A stretch of DNA of 63,176 nt, counting the filler, from Olpidium bornovanus S191 (lineage: Eukaryota > Fungi > Olpidiomycota): the NCBI GenBank assembly GCA_017911155.1. It is 29 parts of 29 records of this genome, joined end to end, with 100 filler letters (N's around TTAATTAATTAA, not from the genome) between each part and the next. Parts side by side here need not be neighbours in the genome. Positions count along the whole stretch, not along the records: positions 57,669 to 61,430 come from JAEFCI010000866.1; positions 61,531 to 63,176 come from JAEFCI010010117.1; 27 more parts are not named here. One strand, written 5' to 3'. The notes beneath the pieces are model-generated. The model had not been told where the DNA came from. It ran no database searches and saw only the letters and a list, made by a program, of their open reading frames with translations. Positions 59,402-63,176 of the stretch are shown here, piece after piece. The translations under genes were made by a program, and so were the position numbers. How positions within the stretch are numbered: the first letter of the stretch is position 1; each line of letters opens with the position of its first letter.

Positions 59402-61106
59402 TGTTAAAGTCAGGCCGGAGGAGAAGGCGAAGAAGATGCGCCGCGAGAAGATGCGCCGGGGGTCGGCGAGAACGGCGGGAAGGAAAGAGAACTGTATTCG
59501 TGGCGTTTGTTTACTAGTTTCCTCTGGCCCTTTTCTATATAACGGGAACTAGAACTCTACAAAGGGGCAACGGGGGCGCGCAGTGCGTCTCCGCCCCTGG
59601 GCCCCCGATATGTCCAACAGGGGCGGTGGGGGGGGGGGGTGTGTTGAAAATATCGGGGGACCCGTTTCACTGGTTTTCACCGCGCCAACACGTTTTGTGA
59701 TTTGAATCCCTTGCAGCTTGACGGAGAAAAACCTAAACCAAATGGTTTTAGACACACTTTAAAGGCCTCGAAGAGGCCTTTCGAACGAGTCTTGAACCAG
59801 CTTCGGTAGGTACCTGTGTGTCCCGCCGTGTGGTTTCGAAGTCAGCCTCCATGTTAAAACAGTGCTAAAGGAGAAACCGTAACCATGGATGGCGTCGGCC
59901 AGCCTCCCCCCGCAACGGCCTCCGCACCTTTCTTTCTTCCTTTCGACCTTGCGCGGTCGGGCGACCATGGCGACCATGGTGACCACCATGCTTCGACCGC
60001 GGGGTTTCACTGGTTTTCACCGCGCTAACATGTTTCGTGACTTGTATCCCTTGCAGCTTGACAGGGAAAGACCTAAACCAAGTGGTTTTAGACTCATTCT
60101 AAAGGCCTTGACGAGGCCTTTCAAACGAGCCTTAAACCGGCTTGGGTAGGTACCTGTGTGTCCCGCGGTGTTGTTTCGAAGTCAGCCTCCATGTTCAAAC
60201 AGTGCTAAAGAAGAAACCGCGATGGCCTCGGCCAGCCTCCAGCCTCTCCGCAACGCTCTCCGCACCTTCCTTTCTTCCTTTTTACCTTGCGCGGTTGGGC
60301 GACCATGGCGACTATGGCGAACACCATGCTTTGACCGCGGGGTTTCACGGGTTTTCACCGCGCTAACACGTTTCGTGACTTGCATCCCTTGCAGCTTGAC
60401 GAGGAAAGACCTAAACCAAGTGGTTTTAGACTCACAAAGGCCTCGACGAGGCCTTTCAAACGAGCCTTGAACCGGCTGGGGTAGGTACCTGTGTGTCCCA
60501 CGGTGTGGTTTCGAAGTCAGCCTCCATGTTCAAACCGTGCTCAAGGAGAAACCACGACCATGGATGGCGTCGGCCAGCCTCCAACCCCTCCGCAACGCCC
60601 TCCGCACCTTCCTTTCTTCCTTTTTTCCTTGCGCGGTTGGGCGACCATGGCGACCATGGCGAACACCATGCTTTGACCGCGGAGTTTCACGGGTTTTCAC
60701 CGCGCTAACACGTTTCGTGACTTGCATCCCTTGCAGCTTGACAAGGAAAGACCTAAACAAAGTGGGTTTAGACTCATTCTAAAGGCCTCGATGAGGGATT
60801 TCGAACGAGCCTTGAACCGGCTTAGGTAGATACCTGTGTGTCTGGCGGTGTGGCTTCAAAGTCGCCCTCCATGTTCAAACCGTGCTAAAAAAGAAAAGTG
60901 ACGGGCGGGGACCGGGGCGCAGCGCGGCGGGGCGGGGGCGGGGCGGGGGCGGGGCGGCACGGGGCGGGGTTTCCCAGGTGTTTGTTTTTTTATTGGTTTT
61001 TGGTGGGCCCGGGGTGGGGGGGGAGGGGGCGGGGCGGGAGAGCCAAATCCGCCTGGCACACCAGGGCTTGGAAACGCTCCCCGGGCCACCAACTCCGCCC
61101 ATAACA
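59402..61106 (-). mobile_element. Probable 5' LTR (about 1.7 kb) of the gypsy-type element
   Basis: TGTTA (61106) ... TAACA (59402) inverted termini; TATATAG at about 59541-59535; the 3' end is well supported by the PBS, the 5' end is tentative. Confidence 0.6.
59664..60898. repeat. Tandem array, 3.6 copies of a roughly 340-bp unit (starts 59665, 60005, 60343, 60685)
   Basis: Periods 340, 338 and 342; conserved palindromes AAAGGCCTC-N3-GAGGCCTTT, AAACC-N4-GGTTT and AGGTACCT. Confidence 0.97.
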
Positions 61107-62026
61107 CGAACATGACATACGTGGGGACGGAACGACCGGCGGCGGCCGGCGGGATGACGGGTGGTGGGCAGGCCAGGAAGGGGGGGGCGGGCCGAGCGAT
61201 TCCAGTTCCCTCCCCACAGTCCTCTCGCTTTTCCTCCCCACACCCCAACGATTCATCATGGTTGTCCCTCCTCGAGTTGACCCTGCCACTGGGCCCCACA
61301 CACTATCGGCATGAATCGAGAGCAGCTTGAACGACTGGCAAGTTATCGATCAATGGGCGATCGATCGATGGATGGACGATCGATTAATAGATAGGGAATT
61401 AATTGATTAATGGGGGATCGATCGATCGATNNNNNNNNNNNNNNNNNNNNNNNNNNNNNNNNNNNNNNNNNNNNTTAATTAATTAANNNNNNNNNNNNNN
61501 NNNNNNNNNNNNNNNNNNNNNNNNNNNNNNGAAAAAAAAAAAAAAAAAAAAAAATCCCCCCAAACCCCCGCCCCCACCTCTCCTGTTCGGACGCGCGCGC
61601 TCTTCTTCCCTTCCCTCCCCCCCCCCGCCCTCTTTCCTCTCTCCCGCGCGCCGCCGTGATCGAAGAGACCGCCGCCCTATCCCGCGCCCCTCCCCTCCCC
61701 TCCAACACCCGCCCTTCTCCTCCCTTCCCTCTCCCTTTCCCTCCCGCGCGAAAGCGCCGGGCGTTTGACCCCTTCGTGCCGGTAACGAGGGATCCGCTCG
61801 CAGGGAAAACGCGTCTACTTCACGGATTTAACGGATCAAAACGATGGCTCCAGCCCCGAAGCGGGCGCCGCGCGGGCCCACGGACTCGCCGGATAACCCT
61901 TTCGGCCTTTTCGCGGGGGCTAAGCCCCACGTCGGGGCGAAACGCGCGGAAACGGAGCTTGGCAGCAAGTCCAAGCCTCTGTGGTGGGTTCCACGTCTTT
62001 CTACTTCGCGCGCCCTTCCCCCCCCG

Positions 62027-62085
<59 letters not shown>

Positions 62086-62122
62086 CCTTCCTGGCGTGGG
62101 AGATCGGTTCATCTGTCTGCGG

Positions 62123-62193
<71 letters not shown>

Positions 62194-62908
62194 GCTCTCT
62201 CTCATTCTTTCAATCTCACTTCCGCTCTTTCATCCACCCCCGCATTCCCCCGCCTGTCTTTTTCTTTCTCTCTCTCTCGCACACTCTGTTTCTTCCCCCC
62301 ACGCCCCGCCTCCCCCCCTTTCCCCCGCGCCCCCCCCCCCCCGTTCCAACTTTTCCTTTCTCTCCCCGTTCTTTTGGCATGGGAAGGGGAAAAAGGGGAA
62401 GAGGGCCGGGGGCGCGCGCGCACGGGGATCGGCCCGGGCTTGCCTTGGCGGAGGGACAATGCGGGCGGGCCACCGCCACCCTGCCGGACGGGGGGAGGGG
62501 GGGGGGGGGGGGGGGGGGGCCTTCCCCCCCCCCCGGGGGGCACGGGCCCGGAAAAACCAGAAAAAAAAAAAAAAAAAGAAAAGAGAAATAAAAAGAAAAG
62601 AGAAAAAAAAAGAACAGAAAAAAAAAAGAAAAAAGAAAAAGAAAACCGTAATTCCCATTCCCTGTCTCGACGCAGAACCGAGAGGAGCGCGACTTTAATC
62701 GTGGCTGCTGCTGAGCCGGACCCTGAGCCGGAGCGGCTAAAAAAAGAACCCAAAAAAAGAGAAATGAAGTGGAGGCAGCGACGGCGGCCGGCGGCCCGGA
62801 GAGAGAACTGGGCAGAGGGGGGGGGGGGGGCCAGCGTCCGCTCTCCCGGTTTACCGCGCCAGGAAAAGGAGGAGGAGAAAGGAGCGGAGGGGAGGGGCGG
62901 CGGAGGAC

Positions 62909-62971
<63 letters not shown>

Positions 62972-63176
62972 GGGGGGGGGGGGGGGGCGAGAAAGAGAAC
63001 CGGGCGGAGGAGGCGGAACGCGAAATCAACAACGTCCCACTGGGGAACCCGACCCGATCCGTCTGATACCAAAGTCTCCCCCGTCCGTGGGCTCTCTGCC
63101 GTAGACGCACATCTCGGGTTGGATTCACCTGTGGCCAATCCTATCCCTGATCTACATCAACCACACTAAAACATGC

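Noticed and set aside
59380-59405. GGGCTCATAACC as a tRNA-Met gene
   Set aside because: Only 12 nt match; no acceptor, D or T arms. It sits at the LTR boundary, so it is a PBS.
59664-60898. 340-bp units as retrozymes with hammerhead or HDV ribozymes (TTGACGAG...CTC, CAGCCTCC motifs)
   Set aside because: No intact CUGANGA plus GAAA core on either strand, the candidate core is not conserved across units, and the HDV P1/P3 pairings are missing.
61340-61430. GATC/ATTA-rich palindromic tract
   Set aside because: Low-complexity tail at a contig end; probable read artefact, and not a recognisable telomere repeat.

Overview
This window is not contiguous genome. It is 29 short eukaryotic contigs (about 1-5 kb each) joined by 28 artificial 100-nt spacers (44 N + TTAATTAATTAA + 44 N), so gene order across spacers means nothing. 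The DNA is GC-rich and intron-rich and looks fungal: class IV chitin synthase, Ftr1 permease, kynureninase, Slu7, Lcb1, Trm61, Pol1, an Avt-type transporter, Sds3, Tudor-SN and beta-tubulin. It also carries flagellar genes (CFAP47-like, LRRC51-like), which points to a zoosporic fungus; an Olpidium-like organism is my inference only. About a third of contig ends (19 of 58) fall on CATG, and at least two genes are fused to unrelated sequence exactly at an internal CATG, indicating NlaIII-type ligation junctions in the source reads. The richest biology is in the retroelements. One element has a Ty3/gypsy-type gag but a half-tRNA(iMet) primer-binding site and a probable 1.7-kb LTR containing 3.6 hairpin-rich 340-bp units. 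Its gag is split by a 681-bp solo LTR with a perfect 5-bp target duplication. A second element has the same PBS type, and a 120-bp Copia 3' LTR is nested in another retroelement. Other items: a divergent beta-tubulin with a 7-nt micro-exon and substitutions at benzimidazole-binding positions, a disrupted Crinkler-like gene, and a membrane-anchored alpha/beta-hydrolase with a GC-AG intron and no canonical nucleophile Ser. No CRISPR array, rRNA or complete tRNA was seen. All protein identifications are by motif recognition, not database search.
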